Origin: a virus
Strand: one strand, 5' to 3'
IMG/VR virus record: IMGVR_UViG_3300050343_000163
DNA: 64,000 nucleotides
The notes under the pieces are model-generated. The model searched no databases. It was not told the DNA's origin and saw only the letters and a program-made list of their open reading frames with translations. Position numbers and translations under genes: made by a program. Below are positions 27,651 through 36,858 of the stretch, piece after piece; the first letter of the stretch is position 1; every line of letters begins with the position of its first letter.

Positions 27651-29084
27651 TTATTTACTATGTGTGGACACTTTATCCTTTTGTCCATAAGAGTCTCTCA
27701 TCAAGCGCAATGTAGTGTAAAATGTACCATTTGATCCAGATAAAGGATCAAAAGCATGTGTTACTTCTTGAATCAAGTATTGTCCGCTACTCTCCAAGTC
27801 GAAAGGTTCGTCCTTTCCTAATGAAGTTGGTAGCTTACTGACTAGTCTAACATTAATTTTGTCTCCTGCACATATTTCAGCATTTCCAGGTATTACGATA
27901 CTACACTTCTGATTTGTAAGTAATCTATACCTTGCTATGGATTGTGCCATATAATATTTTTGCCAATCAGCAAATTTTGTTGGAGATTTAGATCTATCTC
28001 CTGGTTCTGGTGAAGCAGGTTCAAGTTCATTAGACCAAGATTCATGATCTAAGTATACTGACATAATTCTACTGGGATAATCAGATAATTCTACATCTTT
28101 TACAGGAATTAAAGAAAGAGAATCTTGTCCTCCAAGATGTGACATGTTATCATAACTATCTTTAATTTTATAGACATACTCTTCGTATTGCCCTGTTGAA
28201 TGATTGAAGAATACCATCAAAGAAGAATATTTTCCCACTCTTAACGATGTAAGAGTATCAACCTCAGAATCAAAGATAGATTTTTTAATTGTAAATCTTT
28301 CATCCGCACCATCTCCAATATTTCCCAATCTCTCCGTATAAGGTTCATCTGGTCCATCACCCCATGCTTTCACTTGTAATCTATCAGATTTTAGAGGACT
28401 TTTCTCATCAGCACATAAAGAATCAACTGCAAAGAAATTATATCCTCTACGTGTTTCCCAAAAGAAAAATCCACCACTGCCTTTAATTTGTTGTTCTGAT
28501 TTATTCTTATTTGATGTATTATTAGTTTCAAACTTAGCTTTAGGAGAAATACTCTTAACTGCTAGTTGTGTAATAAGATCAAATGGTCTTTTATTATTAG
28601 GAATTATTTTGTTTTCAAATAAAGAAGGTTCTGAGAAAAACTCTTTTTGACTACCAATATATTCTGGTTGTTTTATCATCTTTTTAATAATCCCCTCAGG
28701 ATTACCTTCCATTACAACATTAACTCTTGTAATTTCATTCTCCAATGCTTCAGGAGATATTAAACCAATCTTATATACTTGTTTCTGTTGTTGAGCATAA
28801 CGATCAGAGACTCTCCAAATAACCATATCATATCGAATTGGAACATCACTAATATTTGTCAACATTTCAATAACTACCCTTTCTCCACCTTTAATAGGAA
28901 GAGATCCAAGTAAACCAGCACTATCAACTATAGTAGCACCAGCTACTATAAAAGGACTTAAAATAGACTCAACATATTCAAAATTTGCAACTAATTTTTT
29001 GATCTCAATATCTGTATTAGTTCCTCCCTTAAAAATTCTAAAACTTCTAAGTACAAAATCAGTTGGTGAAGAAAAATTTTCCAT
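27651..29084 (-). CDS. Baseplate hub protein (gp27-like), 477 aa
   Basis: FEYVESILSPFIVAGATIVDSAGLL...GGERVVI and IVIPGN..ICAGDKI...SSGQYLIQEVTH hub-type motifs; position between tape measure and gp5. Confidence 0.65.
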   Translation of the reverse strand: MENFSSPTDFVLRSFRIFKGGTNTDIEIKKLVANFEYVESILSPFIVAGATIVDSAGLLGSLPIKGGERVVIEMLTNISDVPIRYDMVIWRVSDRYAQQQKQVYKIGLISPEALENEITRVNVVMEGNPEGIIKKMIKQPEYIGSQKEFFSEPSLFENKIIPNNKRPFDLITQLAVKSISPKAKFETNNTSNKNKSEQQIKGSGGFFFWETRRGYNFFAVDSLCADEKSPLKSDRLQVKAWGDGPDEPYTERLGNIGDGADERFTIKKSIFDSEVDTLTSLRVGKYSSLMVFFNHSTGQYEEYVYKIKDSYDNMSHLGGQDSLSLIPVKDVELSDYPSRIMSVYLDHESWSNELEPASPEPGDRSKSPTKFADWQKYYMAQSIARYRLLTNQKCSIVIPGNAEICAGDKINVRLVSKLPTSLGKDEPFDLESSGQYLIQEVTHAFDPLSGSNGTFYTTLRLMRDSYGQKDKVSTHSK

Positions 29085-29087
29085 AGT

Positions 29088-31628
29088 TTAAGCTCTAAGT
29101 TGCATTGGAGCAAACATAAAATTAGGACCCATCTGACTATAGCTAGATGCTAATGCTACATCATCTCCTCCAGAAGATTTACCACCACCAGTTGTTGTGT
29201 TGTAGTTATTGATGATTGTAGTCCCTGCTCCTGCAGAAGCAGTTAATTGAGCATCTGTAGAAGCTGTATTTAATGCATTAGGATCATCAACAGATGCAGT
29301 AAGTGAGGTTGAGTCATTATCTGTTGTTGGATTTAAGGAACTTACTTCTTTTGGTTTAGCAGCCTCTATTAATTGTTTTTTTAACCCAAGGTTTTTACCT
29401 TCAGTATTCATAGGTGTAAACATACCAAGAAAACCTCTTTTCATGATCTTATATCCACCACTATCTTTCTTGATAGCACGGAACTGATTATTATCACCAA
29501 AATCAATAAATGGTTCATTCCCCAGATTCAATGATTTTGCCCAGTCAGCACCATCTGGTTTAACATCTGGGTTTTCTCCTATTAATTTTGGAACAGAACC
29601 AGCAGCTCTATCTCTTTTTAATGCTTCGATTATTTCTTCGGGACTGATAGAAGCAGCATTGCCAGCAGTACCATCATATAGACCTTGACCTCTCGTCATC
29701 CGATTTCCTTTATAAGTTTCATCATATTGGAGTCCTACAGAAGCAAACTCTCTTGCCAGTGCCTGTCCCGCTTCAGTGGGATCATTAGTTTCTCCTCTTA
29801 AATATTTACCTACCGAAGGTCTTTTCACATTAATAACATAATCTTTAAACATATCTTGAGTTTGCTCAGTAAATAGCATATCCCTAGTAACATCACTATT
29901 TTGAACAAACTCTTTCATTGTGTCTGGAATGATTTGATATTTACCAACGGCAAACACTTCTTCTCTTGCTTGAGCATCCATAATCTCACCAACAGTCATC
30001 TCAGTGAGATTCTTACCAAAGATAGATTTTGCACCACCAGGAGTATCACCAGCCTTGCTACGGTTTACAGAATTTACACCACCCTCACCAGAAACAATAG
30101 TATCAAATGTAGCAGCACCACCACCTGCCATATTACTCCTATTGCGACCGCCGCCGCCTGATGTTGATGTATCTTCTTCGTTGTCGTTTTTAAATCTGAA
30201 AATTTTACCGATTCCAGGTAACGTAAGAGCACCAAGAATTTCTTTTAATCCTTTGTAGAATCCATTCCAACCACCTTGTTTATCATAATATTGATGCAGT
30301 CCCTCCGATTGCAATTGACCAAATAAACGTTTATTCCTTTTTTGTGCTTCAAGAATACCCTCTCCAATATTAAGAGAGATATCTTTCATTTCTTTAGACT
30401 TATTACCACTGAGAGTAACCTCAGTACCATGAAGTTCTGCAAGATAACCAGATTTAGGACCAGTTGTTACCATACCATCGGCACCAGATGGCATCGTCAT
30501 ATCTTTTGCAGCTAGAGCAGCATCAATACCAACAGAAGCAGCAGTACCAGCACCAGGAATAGTAGATGCTGCACCAGAAGCTAATTCCAGACCAGCACCA
30601 ATAAAATCTCCCTGTAGTGCTCTCTGAGCAGCAAAAACAGCACCTAATCCTAATCCTACCAGTGGAATTTTCTTTCCTAGACTCTTTGCAATTGCTCCAC
30701 CAGCAAGTTTACCAATTGCTTTTCCACCTAATTTCTTTCCTAAGTTTTTCCCAAGACCTTTGCTCATCTTACCACCCAGAGCAATGCCAAGTCTTGTTCC
30801 AGCTCTAGCACCACCTCTTTTCATCACGGATCTGCCTAATGCACCTGCAGCTGCCTTACCACCTATACCTACGCCAGGACCACCGCCTCTACGTGATCCA
30901 CCACCAGCACCCATCAGTGCCATGCCGTTTGCTCCAAGACCCATATAAGCAGCGTTGCTAGAGAAGTCTCCACCTCGTTCCAGATTAAATTCTTCTGCAG
31001 CTGCTATTGATTTTCTTCCTAATTTTTCTGCTTCTTGTTGCTGTGTTTGAGCAATCTGTTGTTGAACTTGTGTTTGTTGTTTTGTAGTAGCAACTAAACT
31101 CATGGTAACCATGGTCAATCTATCAATTGCCTGTACTACTTCTCCACTATCTCCACCAACAGGTTCCATGCGTTTGACGAACATATCGTCACCGCCAATA
31201 TCTCTTTCTACACCAAGATTTGTAGCACCGATATTTACAATTCTATCAGAAACAAATCCTTCTGATTTTAGTGGTTTTCCATTAAATCCACCCCTAGCTA
31301 ATCCACCACCCTGAACATCAGGATTTATTGCTGATGGTCCTGCAGGTAATGCTCTTTGTAAAGCTGTTCCACCAAGCATTCTTTGTAAAGGGGCTGCAGC
31401 TACTGCTTTTTGATTTCCACCCGATAATAAAGGTTGTTGTCCTGCTCTCAAAGCAGCAGGTTCTTCTACTTTTGCAGAAACTTCCTCAATTTTCTGGTCT
31501 GTTTTTTTACGTTCTTTTAATAAATGTTCTTTTAGTTCTTTATATTTCTTTTCAATCAAATTTTCCAGACCAATCTCAATCCCAGATTTACCTCTGCTAT
31601 CTTGATATGATAAAAATCCGTGTGCCAT
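29088..31628 (-). CDS. Tape-measure/gp29-like protein with lysozyme-like domain, 846 aa
   Basis: Gly/Ala-rich helical region; SGEGG...AVGKYQIIPDT...LAREFASV muramidase-like segment. Confidence 0.75.
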   Translation of the reverse strand: MAHGFLSYQDSRGKSGIEIGLENLIEKKYKELKEHLLKERKKTDQKIEEVSAKVEEPAALRAGQQPLLSGGNQKAVAAAPLQRMLGGTALQRALPAGPSAINPDVQGGGLARGGFNGKPLKSEGFVSDRIVNIGATNLGVERDIGGDDMFVKRMEPVGGDSGEVVQAIDRLTMVTMSLVATTKQQTQVQQQIAQTQQQEAEKLGRKSIAAAEEFNLERGGDFSSNAAYMGLGANGMALMGAGGGSRRGGGPGVGIGGKAAAGALGRSVMKRGGARAGTRLGIALGGKMSKGLGKNLGKKLGGKAIGKLAGGAIAKSLGKKIPLVGLGLGAVFAAQRALQGDFIGAGLELASGAASTIPGAGTAASVGIDAALAAKDMTMPSGADGMVTTGPKSGYLAELHGTEVTLSGNKSKEMKDISLNIGEGILEAQKRNKRLFGQLQSEGLHQYYDKQGGWNGFYKGLKEILGALTLPGIGKIFRFKNDNEEDTSTSGGGGRNRSNMAGGGAATFDTIVSGEGGVNSVNRSKAGDTPGGAKSIFGKNLTEMTVGEIMDAQAREEVFAVGKYQIIPDTMKEFVQNSDVTRDMLFTEQTQDMFKDYVINVKRPSVGKYLRGETNDPTEAGQALAREFASVGLQYDETYKGNRMTRGQGLYDGTAGNAASISPEEIIEALKRDRAAGSVPKLIGENPDVKPDGADWAKSLNLGNEPFIDFGDNNQFRAIKKDSGGYKIMKRGFLGMFTPMNTEGKNLGLKKQLIEAAKPKEVSSLNPTTDNDSTSLTASVDDPNALNTASTDAQLTASAGAGTTIINNYNTTTGGGKSSGGDDVALASSYSQMGPNFMFAPMQLRA

Positions 31629-31822
31629 TATCGTTGTTTAGCTGCTTCTTGTGCTTTTTTGACATTATCTAGATGTTGCATTAAGAGACTAGTGTATACC
31701 TGTCTCTCCCATGGCATCATATTTTCAATCTCAGTCAAAGAGTATTTATGATGATGCATCAAAGCAAAGTTGGTTTTGTAGTATCCCTCTAGCGTGTTAT
31801 GGAAGAGGGCTATCCGAAAAAA
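31628..31822 (-). CDS. gp51: gp51-like baseplate hub assembly chaperone (no ATG/GTG ahead of the conserved part; -1 frame relative to gp26)
   Basis: Manual translation FFRIALFHNTLEGYYKTNFALMHHHKYSLTEIENMMPWERQVY...; frame closed upstream by TAA at 31823-31825. Confidence 0.85.
   Translation of the reverse strand, partial: FFRIALFHNTLEGYYKTNFALMHHHKYSLTEIENMMPWERQVYTSLLMQHLDNVKKAQEAAKQR
31785..31822 (-). promoter_or_regulatory. Candidate -1 ribosomal frameshift signal
   Basis: T_TTT_TTC heptamer (31822-31816), 6-nt spacer, CCCTCT-N13-AGAGGG stem. Confidence 0.7.
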
Positions 31823-32523
31823 TTAGTTAATCCATTGATTAAAAACTCAGATTCAACTCCTGTCTCTGGATTTGTAACCGTAAATGTATGCTCTAATCTA
31901 GGAATAGACTCAAAAAACTTTTGAATTTTTTCAAATTGAGTATTGGTCAATCCTTCTACGAATTGAACAAATTCTTTTTTAGTAGTAGTAGAGTTGTCAT
32001 ATACATCCTCTTTATCAAAGATCTGATCAATACATTCAGCAATAATTTCAACTATACCATCTGTAGATGGAGTTTGACCCATAATAGATCCACTAATGAA
32101 TTCAGTCCAAGAAGGATACTTCATAATAACACCAAGTTCATCATTTAGCATGATTTTAGGGTCATGTCCTTCTGGTTTGCTGACTTTAACCTCAGTCAGA
32201 TTCAGATTATACTTAACTTGCGTTTTTTCGTCATCTTTGCAAGTTACATTCATCTGTACAATTTCACCAACAGATACAGCACGAATTTGAAGGAAAATAT
32301 ATTCCAAATCAAACATTGCTAGATCTTCTAGTTTAATTCTTGACTGAATACAACCCTTTAAAAGAGACTTAACAGATTTTTCAATTTCTTTTTCATCTTG
32401 TGTTTCTAAAGCTATTAGAAGTACCTTTTCTTCCTTTACAACAAAAGGACGATATCTCAATTTTTTCCCATTAGAAGGAATTTCCAACTCATAAGTTGGG
32501 AGAACAACTTGTGGCAACGCCAT
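31810..32523 (-). CDS. gp26: gp26 baseplate hub subunit
   Basis: PTYELEIPS...YRPFVVKEEKVLL...FDLEYIFLQIRAVSVGE...INGLTNFFG. Confidence 0.92.
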   Translation of the reverse strand: MALPQVVLPTYELEIPSNGKKLRYRPFVVKEEKVLLIALETQDEKEIEKSVKSLLKGCIQSRIKLEDLAMFDLEYIFLQIRAVSVGEIVQMNVTCKDDEKTQVKYNLNLTEVKVSKPEGHDPKIMLNDELGVIMKYPSWTEFISGSIMGQTPSTDGIVEIIAECIDQIFDKEDVYDNSTTTKKEFVQFVEGLTNTQFEKIQKFFESIPRLEHTFTVTNPETGVESEFLINGLTNFFG

Positions 32524-32542
32524 TATATTAACTCCAAGGTCA

Positions 32543-32550
32543 TATTTATA
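32543..32550 (-). promoter_or_regulatory. T4-type late promoter TATAAATA
   Basis: Exact match 20 nt upstream of gp26. Confidence 0.85.
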
Positions 32551-32556
32551 TTTAGC

Positions 32557-32600
32557 GACTTTTTCAGACGAAAAATATCGGGAATTTTTTTCCCACTTTT
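32557..32600 (+). repeat. AT-tract motif, copy 1
   Basis: GACTTTTT...AAAAAT..CGGGAATTTTTTTCCCACTTTT, similar to 36344-36387. Confidence 0.6.
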
Positions 32601-32626
32601 ATGGAACTGAAAATTGCAATTTGACC

Positions 32627-33403
32627 CTACTGATCCATGGGGAAGGCATTCACCATTCTTGACGCAAGATTTTTATTACCAGTCACAGCTACTTCCCTCT
32701 TAAAGTTCTCTAGTCGTTGCTCATCTGTAAGAGGAGTAACACTTTGATATGGACCCAATCCATCACCTTTAGTAATTTGAGGAGCTTTTCTAACATCTCT
32801 CATTATAGTATAATGTCTTTCATACTTGAATTGAGCTGTTACTTTTGTTATTTGAGAGGATCCAAATTGAAGTGGGATAGCATCAATTTGGTATGGCCAT
32901 GCTTTCTCCATAACATAAGTGATTGGTTTTCTTTCAGTAGAAGAATCTTTTCCAGCCTCTGTCTTTGTAATATAAATGTCACACGCATAGTCATCTTTGT
33001 AACCGACTCTCATTACTCTATTAGGACTTAATACATTTCCTTTTTCTTTAATATTATTGTTATCCATACCACCAATAATAACATAATACCAAGCATTTAA
33101 AGCTTTCAAAATGTTTAAGTTAGCATCTAACATAAATGTAAGAGAAAATTCTGTAAACACTCTTGTGTGTGGATAATCTACAGCACCAAGACCAGTGACT
33201 AATCCAACTTGTGTTCCAGTTGCAGTATTTGAGTTAGGCAATTGTGCTTCTTCACAAAAAATCTCTAACAAATCAGGATTGAAGAAATCAGCTGGAGAAA
33301 CACCTCCCTTAGAACCTTTAAATTCTACTAGAAAGTTATTACTAAATGAAAATCCGCCTTGACGACTGACCTGAGATAAAAATGAAGTAATTCCCGCTGC
33401 CAC
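32627..33403 (-). CDS. gp54: Tail-tube initiator (gp54/gp19-like), GTG start
   Basis: FCEEAQLP, YPHTRVFTEFSLTF, YKDDYACDI, AWPYQIDAIPLQFG...VTAQFKYE. Confidence 0.75.
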   Translation of the reverse strand: MAAGITSFLSQVSRQGGFSFSNNFLVEFKGSKGGVSPADFFNPDLLEIFCEEAQLPNSNTATGTQVGLVTGLGAVDYPHTRVFTEFSLTFMLDANLNILKALNAWYYVIIGGMDNNNIKEKGNVLSPNRVMRVGYKDDYACDIYITKTEAGKDSSTERKPITYVMEKAWPYQIDAIPLQFGSSQITKVTAQFKYERHYTIMRDVRKAPQITKGDGLGPYQSVTPLTDEQRLENFKREVAVTGNKNLASRMVNAFPMDQ

Positions 33404-33434
33404 GCTAAATACCTATGTTGGATCATTTATATTT

Positions 33435-33866
33435 ATGGCGTACTCTGGGTATTTTAAACCTAAAAACCCTCAGAAGTACCGTGGCAACCCGACAAACATT
33501 GTTTACAGGTCGCTATGGGAACGTAAGTTCATGGTGTTCTGTGACAATAACCCTTCAATATTACAGTGGGGAAGTGAAGAGATTATTATACCATACAGAG
33601 CTCCTGATGGTAAGGTGAGGCGATACTATCCAGACTTTTATATCAAAGTTCGTGAAAAGTCTGGTAATCTTGCGAAGTATATTATTGAAGTAAAACCCAA
33701 AAAACAAACACAACCACCGAATGAGAAAAATAAACGAACTGCCTCATATCGTAATGCTGTATTAACATACGCAAAGAACCAAACTAAATGGTCTGCTGCT
33801 CGTGAATATTGTGAAGATAGGCAGATGAACTTCTTAATATTAACCGAGGATCATTTAGGAGTATGA
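33435..33866 (+). CDS. gp4: gp4 head completion nuclease
   Basis: KPKNPQKYRGNPTNIVYRSLWE...WGSEEIIIPY...RYYPDF. Confidence 0.95.
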   Translation: MAYSGYFKPKNPQKYRGNPTNIVYRSLWERKFMVFCDNNPSILQWGSEEIIIPYRAPDGKVRRYYPDFYIKVREKSGNLAKYIIEVKPKKQTQPPNEKNKRTASYRNAVLTYAKNQTKWSAAREYCEDRQMNFLILTEDHLGV

Positions 33867-33869
33867 CAA

Positions 33870-34559
33870 ATGACAACAGGATTCGCCGCTATACAGCGCA
33901 ACAACGTAAATAAAGAACCAGGATACAAAACATTATTTGAAAAAGTCTCCGCTAAAACAAACGGAGAAAAAAAATCACTTGCATGGTATAGAAATGCAGT
34001 GAAATCAGAAGCTAGTAGTTATAAGAAAAATTTTAGTAAGTATATATTAAATGAAAAGAGTGACAGAGTAGGCGCTGCTGATGAACAAGATGCAAATGAA
34101 TTGCGTCGATACACAGTAGCAGGACACCTTTATATGTTTGAGTATAAAGCAAAGATGAAGTATCTTCCTTACTATGATAGGTTTCCTTTAGTGTATGCAA
34201 TCAAAGCAGCAGGTAAAACTGAATTTTGGGGTGCTAACCTACATTACTTGTCACCAAAGAAGAGAATTATAGCTACTAAAAAATTAATGCAGGGAAGAAT
34301 TGACATTCCTAAGAGATGTTTCCATAAATACCTAAGTTCACATGTAGAAGGGTTATACCTAGATCTATCTTCAAGTGAATGGGATACTGCAATCCTATTA
34401 CCAACAGAAGATTTTGTAAAAAATGTCAACGGCATGGTATTTCCAATAGATAAATCTGAAGTATGGAAAGATACTGATGAGAATTTCTACGATAAAATCC
34501 GAGGTCAAAGACTAGTGAAAGGATATGGAACACCACAATCCAAGGAAATGAGTAGATGA
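33870..34559 (+). CDS. gp2: gp2 DNA end protector
   Basis: GHLYMFEY...LPYYDRFPLV...FWGANLHYL. Confidence 0.92.
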   Translation: MTTGFAAIQRNNVNKEPGYKTLFEKVSAKTNGEKKSLAWYRNAVKSEASSYKKNFSKYILNEKSDRVGAADEQDANELRRYTVAGHLYMFEYKAKMKYLPYYDRFPLVYAIKAAGKTEFWGANLHYLSPKKRIIATKKLMQGRIDIPKRCFHKYLSSHVEGLYLDLSSSEWDTAILLPTEDFVKNVNGMVFPIDKSEVWKDTDENFYDKIRGQRLVKGYGTPQSKEMSR

Positions 34560-35713
34560 ATAAACCTAAACAAGAAAAACAATGGTTCTGGGATTTTATC
34601 CAAGAATACGTCCTCGGGACAGGTGGTTTTGGTTCCGATGAAATTATCAAAGAGCAACAAGAGAAACAAGCAAAAGAGGAAGGATACGATAGTGCCGCAG
34701 AATTTAATGTTAATTCTAGAATTAAAAGATTAGATTCACCTAAAGAAAATTATACATCTTCCAATATTCTAAAATATCCTAATGCTCAGACTATTGGTGA
34801 GCAGAGTGACTATGTATTGTTTCAGTTTAAAAAATATAATCCACCATTTCAAAAAAGATCTAAAAAAGCATTTGGAGTCGAAGGTAATAACCTCAATATT
34901 AATACCGAGGAAAAATTAGGAAATTATCTTGGAAAACCCTATGATTACAATCAAGTTGGTGAATATACAGATGCTGGAGAGGATTATCCATCTGTCATAA
35001 TGTATATGCCAGAAGATATTTCTACTGGTTTCAGAGGTAATTGGGGTGGTAAAGCATTCAGTACAGTTGGTGCAGGTATTTTAAGAGCTGCTGGTCAAGA
35101 AGGACTAGGTGCCAAACTTGCTGGAGGTTTTGGTACACTTAATGGTGCAGCAGAAAGAGCTCTTGGTCTAGCATCTGCTGCAGTTTTACAGAAGTCTGTT
35201 CAAAAAGCTGGTGGTGATCAACTTACTAAAGATGATATTTTTGGATCAATATCTGGGGCAATCATGAATCCCAATACTGAATTGATGTTCCAAAGTGTTG
35301 ACATGAGAAACTTTGCTTTGAAATTCAAATTAGTTCCAAGAAATGCAGGTGAATCTAAAGAAATTAATAAAATCATAAAAGTATTCAAAGCATGTACTTT
35401 ACCACGCCGTGATCCTGAACAAGTAATGGGATTTAATGATCCAGGTAAACCGATAAACAAGGGAATTGTGTCTGCATTTATTGGTGTACCAAATCTTTGC
35501 AGAATTTCTTTTATGCGTGGAGCAACTGAACATAATGTTCTTCCAAGATATAAAATGTTAGCTGTTACTGAAGTAAGTGTAAATTACACTCCTGATGGAG
35601 CATATGCTACATATAGAGATGATGGTCAACCTGTTGCCATCGAATTAACACTTAATTTTCAAGAAACAAAAATCAACTTTGCAGAAGAAGTTCTCTCAGA
35701 CTCTGTTCGATAA
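34556..35713 (+). CDS. gp48: gp48 baseplate tail-tube cap
   Basis: MYMPEDI...NPNTELMFQSVDMRNF...FKLVPRN...NYTPDG...IELTLNFQE. Confidence 0.9.
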   Translation: MNKPKQEKQWFWDFIQEYVLGTGGFGSDEIIKEQQEKQAKEEGYDSAAEFNVNSRIKRLDSPKENYTSSNILKYPNAQTIGEQSDYVLFQFKKYNPPFQKRSKKAFGVEGNNLNINTEEKLGNYLGKPYDYNQVGEYTDAGEDYPSVIMYMPEDISTGFRGNWGGKAFSTVGAGILRAAGQEGLGAKLAGGFGTLNGAAERALGLASAAVLQKSVQKAGGDQLTKDDIFGSISGAIMNPNTELMFQSVDMRNFALKFKLVPRNAGESKEINKIIKVFKACTLPRRDPEQVMGFNDPGKPINKGIVSAFIGVPNLCRISFMRGATEHNVLPRYKMLAVTEVSVNYTPDGAYATYRDDGQPVAIELTLNFQETKINFAEEVLSDSVR

Positions 35714-36345
35714 TGTATTTTTCAATCATACCAGATCTCGCTTACGACGAGAAACCAATCAACTCTCCTTTTTCAACATCAGATTTTACAGTCGCGAAGA
35801 ATTTTTTTCGTAGATATAAAATCAATGATGATATCTTTTCCAATGTTGTTTACTTTAACAAGTATGCAATCAAAGATGGAGAACGTCCAGATGTTTTAGC
35901 TAGGAATTTTTACGGAAATCAATTTTATGATTGGGTAATTCTTTTGACTAACAACATGGTCAACGCACAGTATGATTGGCCAATGAATAACTATGAACTC
36001 TATAGAGTATTAGAGCAAGAATTTGATGATCCATACAGTCAGATCAATCATTATGAAATCAAACAATCGATGGGACACTATGCTGCTGGTTTACATGTTG
36101 ATCAAACATTTTACAATGGACAGCATAAATTAAATATCGATGGTGTCATGACATTAAAAAACGGCAATGAGATTTGTAGTCCCATTACCGTTGCAGAATA
36201 TTATCAAGAAGAAAATGATAAGAAGAGAGAAATATATCTTCTTAAAAAACAATACTTACAATCTTTTGTAGATGATTTCAGAAAACAAAATCTATACAAA
36301 AAAGACACCAACTATATTAGTCAGCGTCTAAAGAAAACTGGTTGA
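35713..36345 (+). CDS. gp53: gp53 baseplate wedge subunit
   Basis: MYFSIIP...IKDGERPDVLA..FYG...YDWVILLTN..YDWPM. Confidence 0.93.
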   Translation: MYFSIIPDLAYDEKPINSPFSTSDFTVAKNFFRRYKINDDIFSNVVYFNKYAIKDGERPDVLARNFYGNQFYDWVILLTNNMVNAQYDWPMNNYELYRVLEQEFDDPYSQINHYEIKQSMGHYAAGLHVDQTFYNGQHKLNIDGVMTLKNGNEICSPITVAEYYQEENDKKREIYLLKKQYLQSFVDDFRKQNLYKKDTNYISQRLKKTG

Positions 36346-36387
36346 CTTTTTTTACCAAAAAATTGGCAGAGAATTTTTTTCACTTTT
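36344..36387 (+). repeat. AT-tract motif, copy 2
   Basis: GACTTTTTTT...AAAAAATTGGCAGAGAATTTTTTTCACTTTT. Confidence 0.6.
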
Positions 36388-36508
36388 CACAGATTTGATT
36401 ATCGAATTTCGTCTCTAGTTTTGCGACTCGTGTGAGGAGAACTAGGTTGTCTGCCTCCACCTGATCGAGACGCTTACGTAGTGCCTCGATCATTTCTTTT
36501 TTCTTCAT
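36380..36508 (-). CDS. Small coiled-coil hypothetical, 42 aa (MKKKEMIEALRKRLDQVEAD...)
   Basis: Manual translation; TAATG coupling to the upstream ORF. Confidence 0.65.
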   Translation of the reverse strand: MKKKEMIEALRKRLDQVEADNLVLLTRVAKLETKFDNQICEK

Positions 36509-36702
36509 TAGTTAAGTTCATAACAAGCTGATCGTGCCAACTCTGGATTCTTTTTCAGTGCTCGATGCACATGACCATGAACATCTGTTTCTAAAGTATG
36601 ATGTGCATTAGTATGGACTACTTGAATCAATCCTAAGGTTCCAACAAAAGTTAAGTTTAAAACTGTAACTGGGTGAAAGATAACCTCAAACACTTTCTTC
36701 AC
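36508..36702 (-). CDS. Hypothetical protein, 64 aa
   Basis: ORF track; N-terminal hydrophobic segment. Confidence 0.7.
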   Translation of the reverse strand: MKKVFEVIFHPVTVLNLTFVGTLGLIQVVHTNAHHTLETDVHGHVHRALKKNPELARSACYELN

Positions 36703-36857
36703 TTAATGAACTTATCCATACGAAGTTTAATGTAATACATTCCTACGACCCAAAGGGAGAAGAGAAACCCCTCCCCGTAGCTCATAGAATTCCATGCTCC
36801 AACTGCTCCATCTAGCATTGCTAGAGTGTCAGGCATTGCCAAGAATTCAGTTCCCAT
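36699..36857 (-). CDS. Small membrane protein, 52 aa (MGTEFLAMPD...)
   Basis: ATG 2 nt after the gp32 stop; the longer ORF-track call overlaps gp32. Confidence 0.7.
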   Translation of the reverse strand: MGTEFLAMPDTLAMLDGAVGAWNSMSYGEGFLFSLWVVGMYYIKLRMDKFIK

Positions 36858-36858
36858 A

